Source: Escherichia phage fjerdesal
Strand: one strand, 5' to 3'
Length of the DNA stretch: 64,000 nt
Sequence record: MN850605.1
Made by a program: the position numbers and the translations under genes. The notes beneath the pieces are model-generated. The model was not told where the DNA came from. It saw only the letters and a list, made by a program, of their open reading frames with translations, and did not search any database. The first letter of the stretch is position 1, and every line of letters begins with the position of its first letter. This document shows positions 34,241 through 44,329 of the stretch, piece after piece.

Positions 34241-34505
34241 AGTATTGAAGGTACGGCAACAGTTCTTTTACCTGTTCTTGATTGAGTTTCATTCTTTGGT
34301 TACCTACAAAATCTTTGCCTACTAATGCTGGGATATCAAGTGTTTTCCAGCCACCATCTAGGTACTGAACAGAGACCTCTTTAGCGCCTAACCAGATACA
34401 TGGTTCATATGATGAACTTTCTTGTAAAGTACAAATCTCTCCTTTAGCATCTTTAAATTCTGCATAAGAAAATCCACGATTTGTTGGCTGGAATTGCATA
34501 ATCAT
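34191..34505 (-). CDS. hypothetical protein
   Basis: 104-aa ORF. Confidence 0.5.
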   Translation of the reverse strand: MIMQFQPTNRGFSYAEFKDAKGEICTLQESSSYEPCIWLGAKEVSVQYLDGGWKTLDIPALVGKDFVGNQRMKLNQEQVKELLPYLQYFAENGELPTEELTNAA

Positions 34506-34771
34506 TTCCTCGTTTTTAGAACTGCTAAGATTTCTTTAGAGTCTGGTAAGAACCATGTGTAGTGATTCTCTTTGATTTCTGGATGAGTGTCAACCTTTAT
34601 TTTGCACTCTTTACCAACATGCTTAAGTTGTGCTGTGACACCTTGCATAAAGATATGACACATCACGTTATCCATAATGGTTGGTGAGAAATCAACCCGC
34701 ATATAAGTTTCTTTTGGTCGTGGTAGCAGTAAGTACCCTTCTACATAGAAAGTATCTTCGTTCTCTGTCAT
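34502..34771 (-). CDS. hypothetical protein
   Basis: 89-aa ORF. Confidence 0.5.
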   Translation of the reverse strand: MTENEDTFYVEGYLLLPRPKETYMRVDFSPTIMDNVMCHIFMQGVTAQLKHVGKECKIKVDTHPEIKENHYTWFLPDSKEILAVLKTRK

Positions 34772-35037
34772 TGCTGCTTATTCCCTAATAAAATCATGTC
34801 AATAAGGTTATTAGCTTTGATTGTACACTGGTAAAATCCGTCACGGTAGAACTCAAGTGCTGCTGCTACATCACTACCTGTGTTGCCTTTGATGATATAC
34901 CGTGATTCTTCTTGAGTGTACTTATCACTCTCACTTACTTGGGAGTTTTTGAATGTACTGCTCACTTTGTTCGTTGAACACCCTGACATAATTATCAGTA
35001 ACACAAACATTATAAAACTCTGGCTTAGTTTTTTCAT
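34768..35037 (-). CDS. putative lipoprotein, possible o-spanin (Rz1-like) overlapping next gene
   Basis: Signal peptide with lipobox-like IIMSGC; 3' part overlaps 34931..35278 in another frame. Confidence 0.4.
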   Translation of the reverse strand: MKKLSQSFIMFVLLIIMSGCSTNKVSSTFKNSQVSESDKYTQEESRYIIKGNTGSDVAAALEFYRDGFYQCTIKANNLIDMILLGNKQQ

Positions 35038-35278
35038 ATGTTAGTACCTCTTTTGTGTGCTTATTCTTAGCAAGCACATCTTTCAAATCATTTTTGTAAT
35101 TGGTGCTCAGTGTAGCTAATCCTTCCTGATAAGCGTCTTTAGCTACACTTATCAGCTTCTCATTGTTTAGCTCAGTTTCAGCAACTTGGTAGTCTCTGTA
35201 AGAGTATCCTCCCCAGACACCTGCCCCAACTAAGAAAACAATTATGAAAGTAGCTTGACAGAACTCTTTAAATGTCAT
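34931..35278 (-). CDS. putative i-spanin-like protein (N-terminal TM, periplasmic coiled coil)
   Basis: 115 aa; TM segment FIIVFLVGAGVWGG then charged helical region. Confidence 0.4.
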   Translation of the reverse strand: MTFKEFCQATFIIVFLVGAGVWGGYSYRDYQVAETELNNEKLISVAKDAYQEGLATLSTNYKNDLKDVLAKNKHTKEVLTYEKTKPEFYNVCVTDNYVRVFNEQSEQYIQKLPSK

Positions 35279-35299
35279 TTAACAATCTCCTAAAATGAA

Positions 35300-35326
35300 A
35301 AAGGCTCCCGAAGGAGCCTGTATCTT
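35300..35326 (-). terminator. rho-independent terminator
   Basis: Minus strand GGCTCC-TTCG-GGAGCC hairpin followed by TTTTT. Confidence 0.55.
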
Positions 35327-35330
35327 AACC

Positions 35331-35810
35331 TTAACCGAGGACTTTAGCAAGGATATTCGCAGCCATCGAAGAAGCTTTTGCAGCAGCAACTACGCCAGCT
35401 TTGACAGTGCTATCCTTAATAGCAGATACCGTTGCAGCATCAGTAAAGAGATAAGTGATTGTTTTGGAACCACTTGTAAAGGAAAGCATAAGAGTAGTTT
35501 CCAGATTGAAAGAGCGATACGGAGCACCTTCTTTAACGATACCTTCAGCACCTAACTCTGAAGCCTTACCCATATCATAGATAGTCATCAGGTTTTCTTT
35601 GTGTGCAGTCGTTGAACCAACACCTTTTACGTGCTTCTTAACGTTCAACAATGCACGATATTCACGAATGCTACCATCAGCTTTTACATTAACAGCACGG
35701 AAAATTTTACCTTCAAAGTTGCCTTGAATCATTTTACGAACTACTTCAGATTTGTTTGCCGTATCGTCCAGTGCTACCGTAATGATATTGTTCATAAGTT
35801 CTTCTCTCAA
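35331..35810 (-). CDS. hypothetical protein
   Basis: 159-aa ORF. Confidence 0.55.
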   Translation of the reverse strand: MREELMNNIITVALDDTANKSEVVRKMIQGNFEGKIFRAVNVKADGSIREYRALLNVKKHVKGVGSTTAHKENLMTIYDMGKASELGAEGIVKEGAPYRSFNLETTLMLSFTSGSKTITYLFTDAATVSAIKDSTVKAGVVAAAKASSMAANILAKVLG

Positions 35811-36502
35811 TGTTTAACTAACATAGTTTTAATGTGTGGAAGGATTCTGTTTACCTTCTGAACATTATTCTCTGTATCTTCTATAAAGCATACTATATTA
35901 AAGTAAGGAAGAATGCAAGACTGAATCATCCTCACTTTCAAACTTTCTGCACTTATAGAGTTAGTTCCAAAACCACGCATAAAAAGCAAGTAATCATGCT
36001 CTATATTGTGCCTTAAAAACATCTCAGTAGGTATTCTCTGAGATTCACCTCTTGCTGTCAAGAGTCCAACTGCTGCATGATTTGCAATTGCATCAATAAT
36101 GTTGAAAACATATGTTGGCTTTGCTCTTACAGAATCAAGAAGATTAGTGTACTGTGAGAATGACCCATCAGTCAATTCCGTTGAGCAATCTTCGTGATTA
36201 AAATTTGTAAGAACACCATCAATATCTGCTAAGATGAGGTTACCTTTTTCTACAAGCTCTTTATTGACTATGACTAAACTATCACGCCTTACACCTATAG
36301 TTTGTCCAGTCTCTTTGTCCACAACGTTCACAATTGGTTCTGCTGTGTGGAACTCTTCCAGTGAACATACAACTTCTCTTGCAGTGTCTTCAAAATCCCT
36401 GAACTGTTCTGGAGTCCATACACAGGAATCAAGACCTAACTCATGAGGATGCAAGTCATAAGCGTGGCACAGGACTTCATCAGACTTTCTTAATTTTTTC
36501 AT
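35807..36502 (-). CDS. HAD-superfamily phosphatase-like protein (putative nucleotidase)
   Basis: 231 aa; LILADIDGVLTNF matches HAD motif I (DxDGx). Confidence 0.5.
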   Translation of the reverse strand: MKKLRKSDEVLCHAYDLHPHELGLDSCVWTPEQFRDFEDTAREVVCSLEEFHTAEPIVNVVDKETGQTIGVRRDSLVIVNKELVEKGNLILADIDGVLTNFNHEDCSTELTDGSFSQYTNLLDSVRAKPTYVFNIIDAIANHAAVGLLTARGESQRIPTEMFLRHNIEHDYLLFMRGFGTNSISAESLKVRMIQSCILPYFNIVCFIEDTENNVQKVNRILPHIKTMLVKH

Positions 36503-37028
36503 GATTTACCTTAGAAATGTTTGTTGCAAATTCACATTGAGCGATAACTTTCATATTGTTATAGACATCTTGAGAGTATTTCTTAGCTTTAGGGATTCTG
36601 TACGAATACCCAGCATTATATGATGCTAAAACTTTTTGTAAAGTCTTCTTTGACTTTGGGTGACCATGTACCTTCGTCCAAAACTCAAGCTCTTTATGTG
36701 TTTCTTTTGCGGCATAGTCAAAATCTTTTAAGAGTTTCTTTTTAGCAACATTAGGACTAATTTTGTTACGCTTTACAACAGTCTTCAAGTGATTCTGGAA
36801 GATACCGTAGTCATGGGTCTTTTTATTTTCTACCTTCAGACCTAACTCTGACTCTTGTAAGGCTATAGCTGCTAGAGTGATACCCCAACCTTTACCCATG
36901 TTATTCTCACCATACTGGTAAGCTTTTAACATGTTCACTTTTTGGCTAATTGATAGCTCTGGGCAGTCAACTGCATAAGATAAGTGTGCTGTAAACATTA
37001 AGCACAAACCTAGAATCAATTTCTTCAT
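36480..37028 (-). CDS. secreted lytic transglycosylase (SLT-domain) with signal peptide
   Basis: Signal peptide MKKLILGLCLMFTAHLSYA; SLT-like motifs QESELG, GIFQ, YNAGYS. Confidence 0.55.
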   Translation of the reverse strand: MKKLILGLCLMFTAHLSYAVDCPELSISQKVNMLKAYQYGENNMGKGWGITLAAIALQESELGLKVENKKTHDYGIFQNHLKTVVKRNKISPNVAKKKLLKDFDYAAKETHKELEFWTKVHGHPKSKKTLQKVLASYNAGYSYRIPKAKKYSQDVYNNMKVIAQCEFATNISKVNHEKIKKV

Positions 37029-37095
37029 TGGTTCTCCTGTTTAGTTTATCGTGACAACAATTATACAGCACTCTGCACAAAATACAAATAAAAAA

Positions 37096-37122
37096 GGCCG
37101 CCGAAGCAGCCTTTTAAGAAAT
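37096..37122 (-). terminator. putative rho-independent terminator after rIIB
   Basis: Minus strand GC-rich hairpin followed by TTTTTTT. Confidence 0.45.
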
Positions 37123-37128
37123 TACTTA

Positions 37129-38238
37129 TTAGATTTCACGTTTACGTTGAGAGATAAGTTCACCAGCAGTGCCAACGATGACATGCAAAGCTTCAGTCTT
37201 ACCGTCCCATGCTTCCAGCACTTTACGTTGATTATCAACGATTGCTGCAACTTCATAACGAGAGGAACGCATCTTCATATCGTTGTAATCAGTTGGAACA
37301 GATACAACATCTCGTGGGTGGACACGAACTTTCAGGATTGTATCACCTGAGAAGCTGCGAACATAATCCCAAGCACCAACATGAAGACCTTGAGAGCAAG
37401 TCACGTTACGGTTATTATCAACCATCCAACGTGGCATCTCTACAATGTTACCCAAATCGTTAGGAACTTTGTAGGTGTGGGAGTCAACCAGCTTACCTTC
37501 ACGAGTAGAGACTTTCTTCCAACCAATGATGTAGCCTTCTTCATCAATCTCAACATCGAGATGAGATATGAATCCCCAAAGCTGTTCTACAGAGTCTTTT
37601 GATGGGTTTTCCATCAGTTTTTCGAAGAACATTACAAGTCGTTCAAAACCTTTATCACCAGTCTTCATCATGTGAAGAATACGGTCAACCAGAGTAGAAC
37701 GCATCTCAACAGCACCGTAGAAGAGCTTGTCACCTTTGATTGTGATAGCACCCTGAGTGAAGTTTTCGATAGACTTACGAATGTTCATCAGTTCAAATGC
37801 TTTCTTGAACTCACCTTTCACAACATGAACTACAATCTCTTGATAGTTTGGATGAGTAGACTCAACAATTTCAGATTCTGAACCATAAGTCATAATTACA
37901 GAATCACCAGTAATCATGTACTCAATCTTGTCATCTTTCTGCATAGCTTCGTGCAGTTTATTTACTGGAGCTTGCTGTACAGTGTCTTTAACGACCTTTT
38001 CAACTGGTTTGCCAGCTTTCTTTTTAAAAGTCTTAGCAACTTGTTTCAAAGTCTTCGTAGCTGGTGTAGAAGTTACCTTTTTATTCCCTTTTAGGGTTGC
38101 TTCATGACGCTCTACAGCACGACCAACTGAACGGGTTGAAGTGTTAAATTTCTGTGCAATAGCTGTTTTGGTCAGCTTACCTTCTTTAACCAGTTTGTAA
38201 ATTTCTGCGTCAATCTGTGCTTTAGTTTTAGTAGTCAT
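37129..38238 (-). CDS. rIIB: rIIB-like protein
   Basis: 369-aa ORF immediately downstream of rIIA homolog; size and position as in T4-type rII locus. Confidence 0.6.
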   Translation of the reverse strand: MTTKTKAQIDAEIYKLVKEGKLTKTAIAQKFNTSTRSVGRAVERHEATLKGNKKVTSTPATKTLKQVAKTFKKKAGKPVEKVVKDTVQQAPVNKLHEAMQKDDKIEYMITGDSVIMTYGSESEIVESTHPNYQEIVVHVVKGEFKKAFELMNIRKSIENFTQGAITIKGDKLFYGAVEMRSTLVDRILHMMKTGDKGFERLVMFFEKLMENPSKDSVEQLWGFISHLDVEIDEEGYIIGWKKVSTREGKLVDSHTYKVPNDLGNIVEMPRWMVDNNRNVTCSQGLHVGAWDYVRSFSGDTILKVRVHPRDVVSVPTDYNDMKMRSSRYEVAAIVDNQRKVLEAWDGKTEALHVIVGTAGELISQRKREI

Positions 38239-38282
38239 CTTATTACTCTCTCTTGTTAGTTAATCAATCAATTTGTGAGGCT

Positions 38283-38312
38283 ATTTTAAGGGGCTTTGAA
38301 GCCCCTTGTCAA
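38283..38312 (-). promoter_or_regulatory. promoter with hairpin in spacer (TTGACA-N18-TAAAAT)
   Basis: Minus strand TTGACAAGGGGCTTCAAAGCCCCTTAAAAT; perfect GGGGCTT/AAGCCCC hairpin between -35 and -10. Confidence 0.45.
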
Positions 38313-38317
38313 ACACT

Positions 38318-40684
38318 TTAATCGTAAATTGTAGTCCCTTCTGGAACACACTTCACATCAAAGCCTAAAAACTTACTCACTTCGATAGGTGATACTTTAT
38401 TCCAATCTAAGTGTGAAAGCAAGAAGTTTTCTTGTTTTCTTTTTGAAAGATAGTTTGTCAGCTTAATAACCATGCGGTCACCCGCTTTCTTAATCTTTTT
38501 GTACAGTTTTGTGTCATTATCAAGGCATGACTTCAAATCCTGAAGAACACTGATAGTGTAAGTGTATGCAAACGGTGCAGCCACATACTGAATCTTACCA
38601 AACATTGCCTCAACAGCATCTTCATTCCCTTCTAAGAAGATTGTCTTAATAGTATCCCTTGAATAACAATACCCGCGAGAAATCTTCCTGTTATTAAACG
38701 TAAAGTTTCTGGCAATAATCCAACTGCTTGTAAGGTCAAGGACACCATTCATATAGATACGTGTCATATATCTGTTATGGTTAATCCAGTGAACATCAGT
38801 TAAGCTGTCGTTCAAGAGTTTCTCATCTACTTCAATCCAATCTTCTGGTATCTTTTTCCAATTTGCTTTTCGGAAAACATAGACTGTCTTACCTGTAACA
38901 TTAGCAACTGACTTAGCTACATCTTCTGGAGATGAGCAAAAACATCTACCATCAACTGTGTCACCAACTGCCTTAATATAAAGCTGAGGTTCTTCAATTG
39001 TGTCTAAGTCCTCTGAAACCTCTTTATAGGAAGCTACAGATTCTGCTGGAACAGCTTTCCAGAGTTTTACAACACCTCTCACAGCCTCTTTACGCTGATA
39101 ATGATGCTCCTTATCAGACATTTTCACAATCTTTAACAAGCTTTTATCAAGTTTGTGTAGATTGATTAAATCATCTAACTCTTTTTCAGTCGAGAATACA
39201 AACACAATACCATTGTATCTGTGGAACAGGCCTGACTCGTTAGCGTAGTCTCGACATGCACCACGCAAGATTTGATTTCGTCCTACAGTCTTCTCAGTAC
39301 CGTTTTTATTGCGACGGTCATTAATCACGAACAAAAACTGTTCAATTTGGCTTTTACGCATTGCACCAAAGATATTGAACATACTTGCCTCTTGAGTGTA
39401 GGAAAGTGCTGTTGCACGAATCTTACTCTCTAAAGAGTTGAACTTGACATAAGCAACTGGGTCATAAAGGTAATCTACTTTAGGGATGTTGTTTCCGTTC
39501 CTATCAACCTTAATATTACCTTTACCGTCACGTTCATAAATGACTGAGCCGTCTTCTGCGTAGATAATCCCACGACGAATGTTTAGCAATTCTTCTTCCA
39601 GAGAATCAAGCTTAACGCCTCCCCACTCTAGCTTTGGACACACAGCATTAAACATCTCTCGTGAGTTCAAACGTAACTCAGCATAAGCCTGTGCAGCATC
39701 CATGAGTGTAGGTTGGCTATTAACTTTCTTGATAACATCCTTTGTAATGGCTTCAGTTATCTTTTTAGTAGCCTCAATGATAACATTTTTTGTCGTGTCA
39801 TTCATCTGCAATGCTTCACGAGAAGCTGCAATAGCAACTGAACCAATAGGCATGTAGATGTTTACAAGGTCTACGCTCCTACGGAAAAATTCTGGCAATA
39901 CTTTGAAGAAATCATCACCAAGTAATGCTTCCATATTAACAGGGTAGGCAATGTTACCCATCACCACATTAAACTCTGTCCTGTTACCACTAGAACGCCA
40001 GCTTTGCTTATGAATCATGGCATCATAAACACCTTCTTCACGGGCAATGACGTTCATATCTGCTAATACATCGTCGTACTCAATATTACTTTCTGGTTTT
40101 ACAGTGAAGTATGAGTACACATTCCCAGCTTCTTCAAAGAACTTTGAGATACGGTGGTCAGCAACTGCCACACGTACAGCTAAACCATTAGGTTCTTTTG
40201 TTGGGTTAGTTGTCAGCTTAGTTACTTGAGGGATACCATTCTCAAGATAAACAGAGTACTTATTAACAACACCGTCAACATAGCTAGATACTGTGAATGA
40301 CTGAGCAATTGCAAATGGTGACTTTGAGCCGATACCCATTGCACCAATGTAGTCATTAGAGTCATTCTTCGTAGAAGCTCCATAGTTTAGGTACAAACTC
40401 ATAACTTTATCATGAGTCAATCCAGTTCCAAAATCACGAACTTCGAAGTAAGGCTCAAAACGAGTAGGTAAATGCACATGGAATGGAATGTTCTCTTTTC
40501 CAGCTTCTTTCTGAGCATCTACTGCGTTACATGACAGTTCACGAATCACTGCCCTTTCTTTAAAGGTGTATACACCAGAACTCAAAAGGCTGAACATCTC
40601 AGGTGTCATTGTAATCTGTGCTTGAGACGTCTCTAAAGAAGTTGAACTCTTAATCACTTCTGCGTGGTCATTTACCATGCGCAT
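38318..40684 (-). CDS. rIIA: rIIA-like protein
   Basis: 788 aa; N-terminal FSLLSSGVYTFKERAVIRELSCNAVDA closely matches T4 rIIA N-terminus as recalled. Confidence 0.75.
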   Translation of the reverse strand: MRMVNDHAEVIKSSTSLETSQAQITMTPEMFSLLSSGVYTFKERAVIRELSCNAVDAQKEAGKENIPFHVHLPTRFEPYFEVRDFGTGLTHDKVMSLYLNYGASTKNDSNDYIGAMGIGSKSPFAIAQSFTVSSYVDGVVNKYSVYLENGIPQVTKLTTNPTKEPNGLAVRVAVADHRISKFFEEAGNVYSYFTVKPESNIEYDDVLADMNVIAREEGVYDAMIHKQSWRSSGNRTEFNVVMGNIAYPVNMEALLGDDFFKVLPEFFRRSVDLVNIYMPIGSVAIAASREALQMNDTTKNVIIEATKKITEAITKDVIKKVNSQPTLMDAAQAYAELRLNSREMFNAVCPKLEWGGVKLDSLEEELLNIRRGIIYAEDGSVIYERDGKGNIKVDRNGNNIPKVDYLYDPVAYVKFNSLESKIRATALSYTQEASMFNIFGAMRKSQIEQFLFVINDRRNKNGTEKTVGRNQILRGACRDYANESGLFHRYNGIVFVFSTEKELDDLINLHKLDKSLLKIVKMSDKEHHYQRKEAVRGVVKLWKAVPAESVASYKEVSEDLDTIEEPQLYIKAVGDTVDGRCFCSSPEDVAKSVANVTGKTVYVFRKANWKKIPEDWIEVDEKLLNDSLTDVHWINHNRYMTRIYMNGVLDLTSSWIIARNFTFNNRKISRGYCYSRDTIKTIFLEGNEDAVEAMFGKIQYVAAPFAYTYTISVLQDLKSCLDNDTKLYKKIKKAGDRMVIKLTNYLSKRKQENFLLSHLDWNKVSPIEVSKFLGFDVKCVPEGTTIYD

Positions 40685-40870
40685 AATACTTTCCTCTTAG
40701 TTTACTGTTAAATTACTTATTAAACATTTTACCAGAACCACCACACACAGGGCAACAACCTGCTCTTGTATACCCTTCCCCATTGCAGTAGTCACACTTC
40801 TTGTGTTCTGCAAAGTACTTGCAAAGAAGGTAAACAAATACTGCTACGCTACCGAGTGACAGTAAAATTT

Positions 40871-41224
40871 CTATCCAATATGCTTGCATGACTCACCTCT
40901 CATATTTTTGTAAAGGATAAAGCTTCTGTCATGAACGATACTTGTAGATACTGCAAAGTTACTTTCAAGCATCTGTTTGTTTGGATTGTAGAAGCTTTTT
41001 TTAAACTCGTCAAGTGCAAATTGGTGATTATCTGGAAGACCTTTTACGCAAACCTTTATCGTGATTGCTGCTGCGACCTTGCCAGTCAGTTCTTCTTTAG
41101 CTGCTACTAAAATTTTGTTAAGGAATTTATGACCATCTTCCGGCTTCTTAATGTTCTCCCAACGTTCTTCTAAGACAATGTTGATGTTCATCTCTTTGAT
41201 TTTCATAGTATTCACCAAGTCCAA
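40871..41224 (-). CDS. hypothetical protein
   Basis: 117-aa ORF. Confidence 0.5.
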   Translation of the reverse strand: MDLVNTMKIKEMNINIVLEERWENIKKPEDGHKFLNKILVAAKEELTGKVAAAITIKVCVKGLPDNHQFALDEFKKSFYNPNKQMLESNFAVSTSIVHDRSFILYKNMRGESCKHIG

Positions 41225-41556
41225 TTAACTAATATGCCATCAAAACCTTTTGCTAAAGGTACACCCTCGTGTTCATAAAATTCAGGGTTAACTTCGAATC
41301 CACGATTTTCAATATATTCTATCATGTATTTCATCACAAAGCTAACCTCTTCATAGTTATCTGGGTCTCGACCAAAGAACTGCTCTATGACAAACATGCC
41401 TTCTTTTGTAGCAAATTGGCAGTGGTGGTTATAGATGCCTTCACAAAACTTTTCAAACTTTTCTTTACCTAAAACTTCTAAGATGTCTGTGTAGGCAACT
41501 TGTAAGTATTTAGGTTGGGTAGGTTTCTTATTAAACCATATAGAAAGGTTATCCAT
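41212..41556 (-). CDS. hypothetical protein
   Basis: 114-aa ORF. Confidence 0.5.
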   Translation of the reverse strand: MDNLSIWFNKKPTQPKYLQVAYTDILEVLGKEKFEKFCEGIYNHHCQFATKEGMFVIEQFFGRDPDNYEEVSFVMKYMIEYIENRGFEVNPEFYEHEGVPLAKGFDGILVNWTW

Positions 41557-41580
41557 AGCATTCTCCAGAAATTAAAAAGG

Positions 41581-41606
41581 CTCCCGTAGGAGCCTCTTAT
41601 CATATA
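41581..41606 (-). terminator. rho-independent terminator
   Basis: Minus strand GGCTCC-TACG-GGAGCC hairpin followed by TTTTT. Confidence 0.55.
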
Positions 41607-41609
41607 CTT

Positions 41610-43391
41610 TTAAAGCTGCTTGTCAATATTATTTCGAATATCACCAAGAGTTGTGTAACCGTACTGCTCAGAGTCGCTAAAGACTAAACGTAAAGCACAA
41701 GCTGGATGTTCAAGTGCATCTGCAAAGCTCTGGAATCCATAGCCATCTACAGCTTTCAAATTCTCACCATCCCACATAGGTGCTACACCACCAAAGGCAG
41801 ATTTCTTAACACCACTATCTGTTTTAGGGTCTTTTGCAAGCATAATCTCTTTGCCACCAATGCTTGCAAGAGTTGCTTTGACAGCAAATGCAAAGGTGTC
41901 ACGAGTCATGTACTGGTAAGTGTAAGAGCCTACACCAAACACCACGTTAGAGCTTGCAAACCCCATTTCATACAGACGCTTTAGGATTTCGTTTGCACGT
42001 TCCAACGTGATAGAGTCACCATAGATAAGTCCAATGTGCTCATCCAGTACCTTAAAACCTTTAGAGTTGATAGTTCCTCCAAAGATGTTATACAATGTCT
42101 TAATAGCTCCATCAATCTCTGCTACAGGGCGTGTTACAACGTTTGCAGAGCCAACCATATAAGCGTTCTTCAACATCACTGTGTCAGCAACTTCAAAGTC
42201 TTCTCTGTCAACAACCATTTCGTAGCCTTCTGACAGTAGCCATCCAGCAATACCATAGCTGACGTTTTCAAGCTTCATGTTCAGAACAGCATTCAGCATT
42301 GTGTCACTGGCTTCCAGCTTACTAAGGTGCTCATAATAAGCCTTTTTAGCGCACTCTAAGTGGATTGCTTTATAACCTGTGACAATGTGTACAGGGTCTC
42401 CAGAGTCAGGACGAATTACCAGTTTGCCATCACGTTCCATAATTTCTTTACGGAGTGCTGGTAAGATTTCTGACACAGTTCTCCAGAAGTTATAAGTATC
42501 TGAAACAATACTTGCAATACCCGTTGGGTAAGTTTCTGTTAAGAAACGACGGAAGGTTTGTAACTCACCTTTAAAGCGTCTTTCTTCTTCAATCAACTCA
42601 TTGCCACCTTCCCAAGCAATGTTTGCACACATTACAGAGTGCTCAGTGGCTGGTACAGAGCTACCAATATCAGAGATTGGGTAGGACTGTCCATAGATTC
42701 GTTTAGCCGTATACACAGCAGGGAAGCTATCAGTTCCTTTAAAGCTGGTTAAGTGACCTACAGCGTTAAATGCGTCATCAGTAAAGCCGGACATACCACG
42801 CATAGCAAAATCATGGCACTGATAAGGTAAATGTAAGTCATTGTCACAAGTAAGGTCAGCCCACTTCTTACAGATGCGTTTGTAATGCAATGCAATAGTT
42901 GCAATGGTGCAAGCCTTCCAAATTTCAGCAGAGAAAGCATCTTCCAGATAACCTGCTACCCAATGAAAACCTGAAACAGTGTTCTGAAAGACAATCATCG
43001 GGACACGCATTGGAACAACTGTGCCTTCTTCTACAGCGTATACTTCAACTGGTAGATAACCTAAGTCGTGAAGTGCTTCCCAATGCTCTCGACCGATAGC
43101 ATCTTTACCCAGAACACCATTCATGACTTCTAAGATTTCATCAATGGCTTCTTTTTTATCACGTTCAAAGAAAGTGGCATTCCAGTGGTCTATCAAGTAA
43201 TCTTTAACAAAACGTTGAATACCAAAAGCCACTACACCGTCAATTGCTAAAGGGCTGTTAAACCATTTATCACTACGTGGTGTTAGGTTGAACATCAAGT
43301 ACTCTGTTGCGCTAGGATACTGGTAAACATGACCAGATTTGTAAGCATCTGCATTTAAACCTGCTGGTACTGCATAAAGTGATTTAGTCAT
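41610..43391 (-). CDS. nicotinamide phosphoribosyltransferase family protein (NAMPT/NadV-like; possible NARP1 Namat)
   Basis: 593 aa; N-terminal NADAYKSGH... and overall NAPRTase-family look; adjacent to Prs-like gene. Confidence 0.7.
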   Translation of the reverse strand: MTKSLYAVPAGLNADAYKSGHVYQYPSATEYLMFNLTPRSDKWFNSPLAIDGVVAFGIQRFVKDYLIDHWNATFFERDKKEAIDEILEVMNGVLGKDAIGREHWEALHDLGYLPVEVYAVEEGTVVPMRVPMIVFQNTVSGFHWVAGYLEDAFSAEIWKACTIATIALHYKRICKKWADLTCDNDLHLPYQCHDFAMRGMSGFTDDAFNAVGHLTSFKGTDSFPAVYTAKRIYGQSYPISDIGSSVPATEHSVMCANIAWEGGNELIEEERRFKGELQTFRRFLTETYPTGIASIVSDTYNFWRTVSEILPALRKEIMERDGKLVIRPDSGDPVHIVTGYKAIHLECAKKAYYEHLSKLEASDTMLNAVLNMKLENVSYGIAGWLLSEGYEMVVDREDFEVADTVMLKNAYMVGSANVVTRPVAEIDGAIKTLYNIFGGTINSKGFKVLDEHIGLIYGDSITLERANEILKRLYEMGFASSNVVFGVGSYTYQYMTRDTFAFAVKATLASIGGKEIMLAKDPKTDSGVKKSAFGGVAPMWDGENLKAVDGYGFQSFADALEHPACALRLVFSDSEQYGYTTLGDIRNNIDKQL

Positions 43392-43436
43392 CTTTTAATC
43401 TCTCTCAAAATGGGGCTTGGAAGCCCCTATAAAGTT

Positions 43437-44318
43437 TTAATCAAGGTTTGCTACAGTAACTTGGCTATAATGTGTTAAGCCACGGTCTTTAGCTTCTCCT
43501 AAAGAGTTTGTAGTGTAGATATGGTCAATACCATTGTCAAGCAAGTTTTCAACATCTTTAGAGAAGATACCATGTGTTACATAGAGTTCCACACGTTTTG
43601 CACCTGCTTCACGAAGATGCTTAGCTGCTTCTATGAAGGTTCGACCACCATCACAGATATCATCCAGAATCATGACTGTTTTATCTGTCAAATCAACATC
43701 ATCAAGGATTCGCATACCAGTAATTTCACCAGTCTTAAGGTTACGCACCTTAGACATTGTGATATATGGTTTATCCACCTCTTTAGCGGTCTCTGCAACC
43801 TTCTTAGCAGCACCTGCATCTGGGGCTACTAAGTAATCAACCAGTGGGTCATTTGCATAGTGGACTGCAATCTCCTTTTGAGGAATACTCTGGAAGCAGT
43901 TAAACAGGTTATCTGGAACGTAACTGTGAGGGTCAACTGCACAGACTGCACCAAACCCCATTGCATTTATCTGTTTAGCAAAAACCTTTAAAGCTGCTGC
44001 GTCGCCTTTAAACATGTGACGGTCATAACGTGCATTTGGTAAGTAGTAAAAGATGACAGTCTTTAAAGCATAATCATGAGGAATTAAATCATCAATTGCT
44101 TCTTTAGCAAGTGCCACAGCAAACAATGTATCCTTATCATAACCTTTTACAATCATAATCACATTGTTGATGGATGATGCTGCATAAGCAGTGAAATCAA
44201 CAAACTCTGGCGAAAAGTGTCCACCAATCTCACCAGAAGGAAATTGGATGATGTTAAACTCATCTTCATGAGTTCCTTTAGTTGGTGAATGAACTGTAAC
44301 ACGGATAGATGTTTTCAT
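43437..44318 (-). CDS. ribose-phosphate pyrophosphokinase family protein (Prs-like; possible NARP1 Adps)
   Basis: PRPP-binding motif VMILDDICDGGRT; start set at SD-preceded ATG (track ORF extends to 44333). Confidence 0.7.
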   Translation of the reverse strand: MKTSIRVTVHSPTKGTHEDEFNIIQFPSGEIGGHFSPEFVDFTAYAASSINNVIMIVKGYDKDTLFAVALAKEAIDDLIPHDYALKTVIFYYLPNARYDRHMFKGDAAALKVFAKQINAMGFGAVCAVDPHSYVPDNLFNCFQSIPQKEIAVHYANDPLVDYLVAPDAGAAKKVAETAKEVDKPYITMSKVRNLKTGEITGMRILDDVDLTDKTVMILDDICDGGRTFIEAAKHLREAGAKRVELYVTHGIFSKDVENLLDNGIDHIYTTNSLGEAKDRGLTHYSQVTVANLD

Positions 44319-44329
44319 AGTTTTCTCTC

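Noticed and set aside
37051-38107. Plus-strand ORFs antisense to rIIB (37051..37350, 37209..37463, 37381..37602, 37672..37881, 37916..38107)
   Set aside because: Short antisense frames inside a well-supported minus-strand gene; no start context
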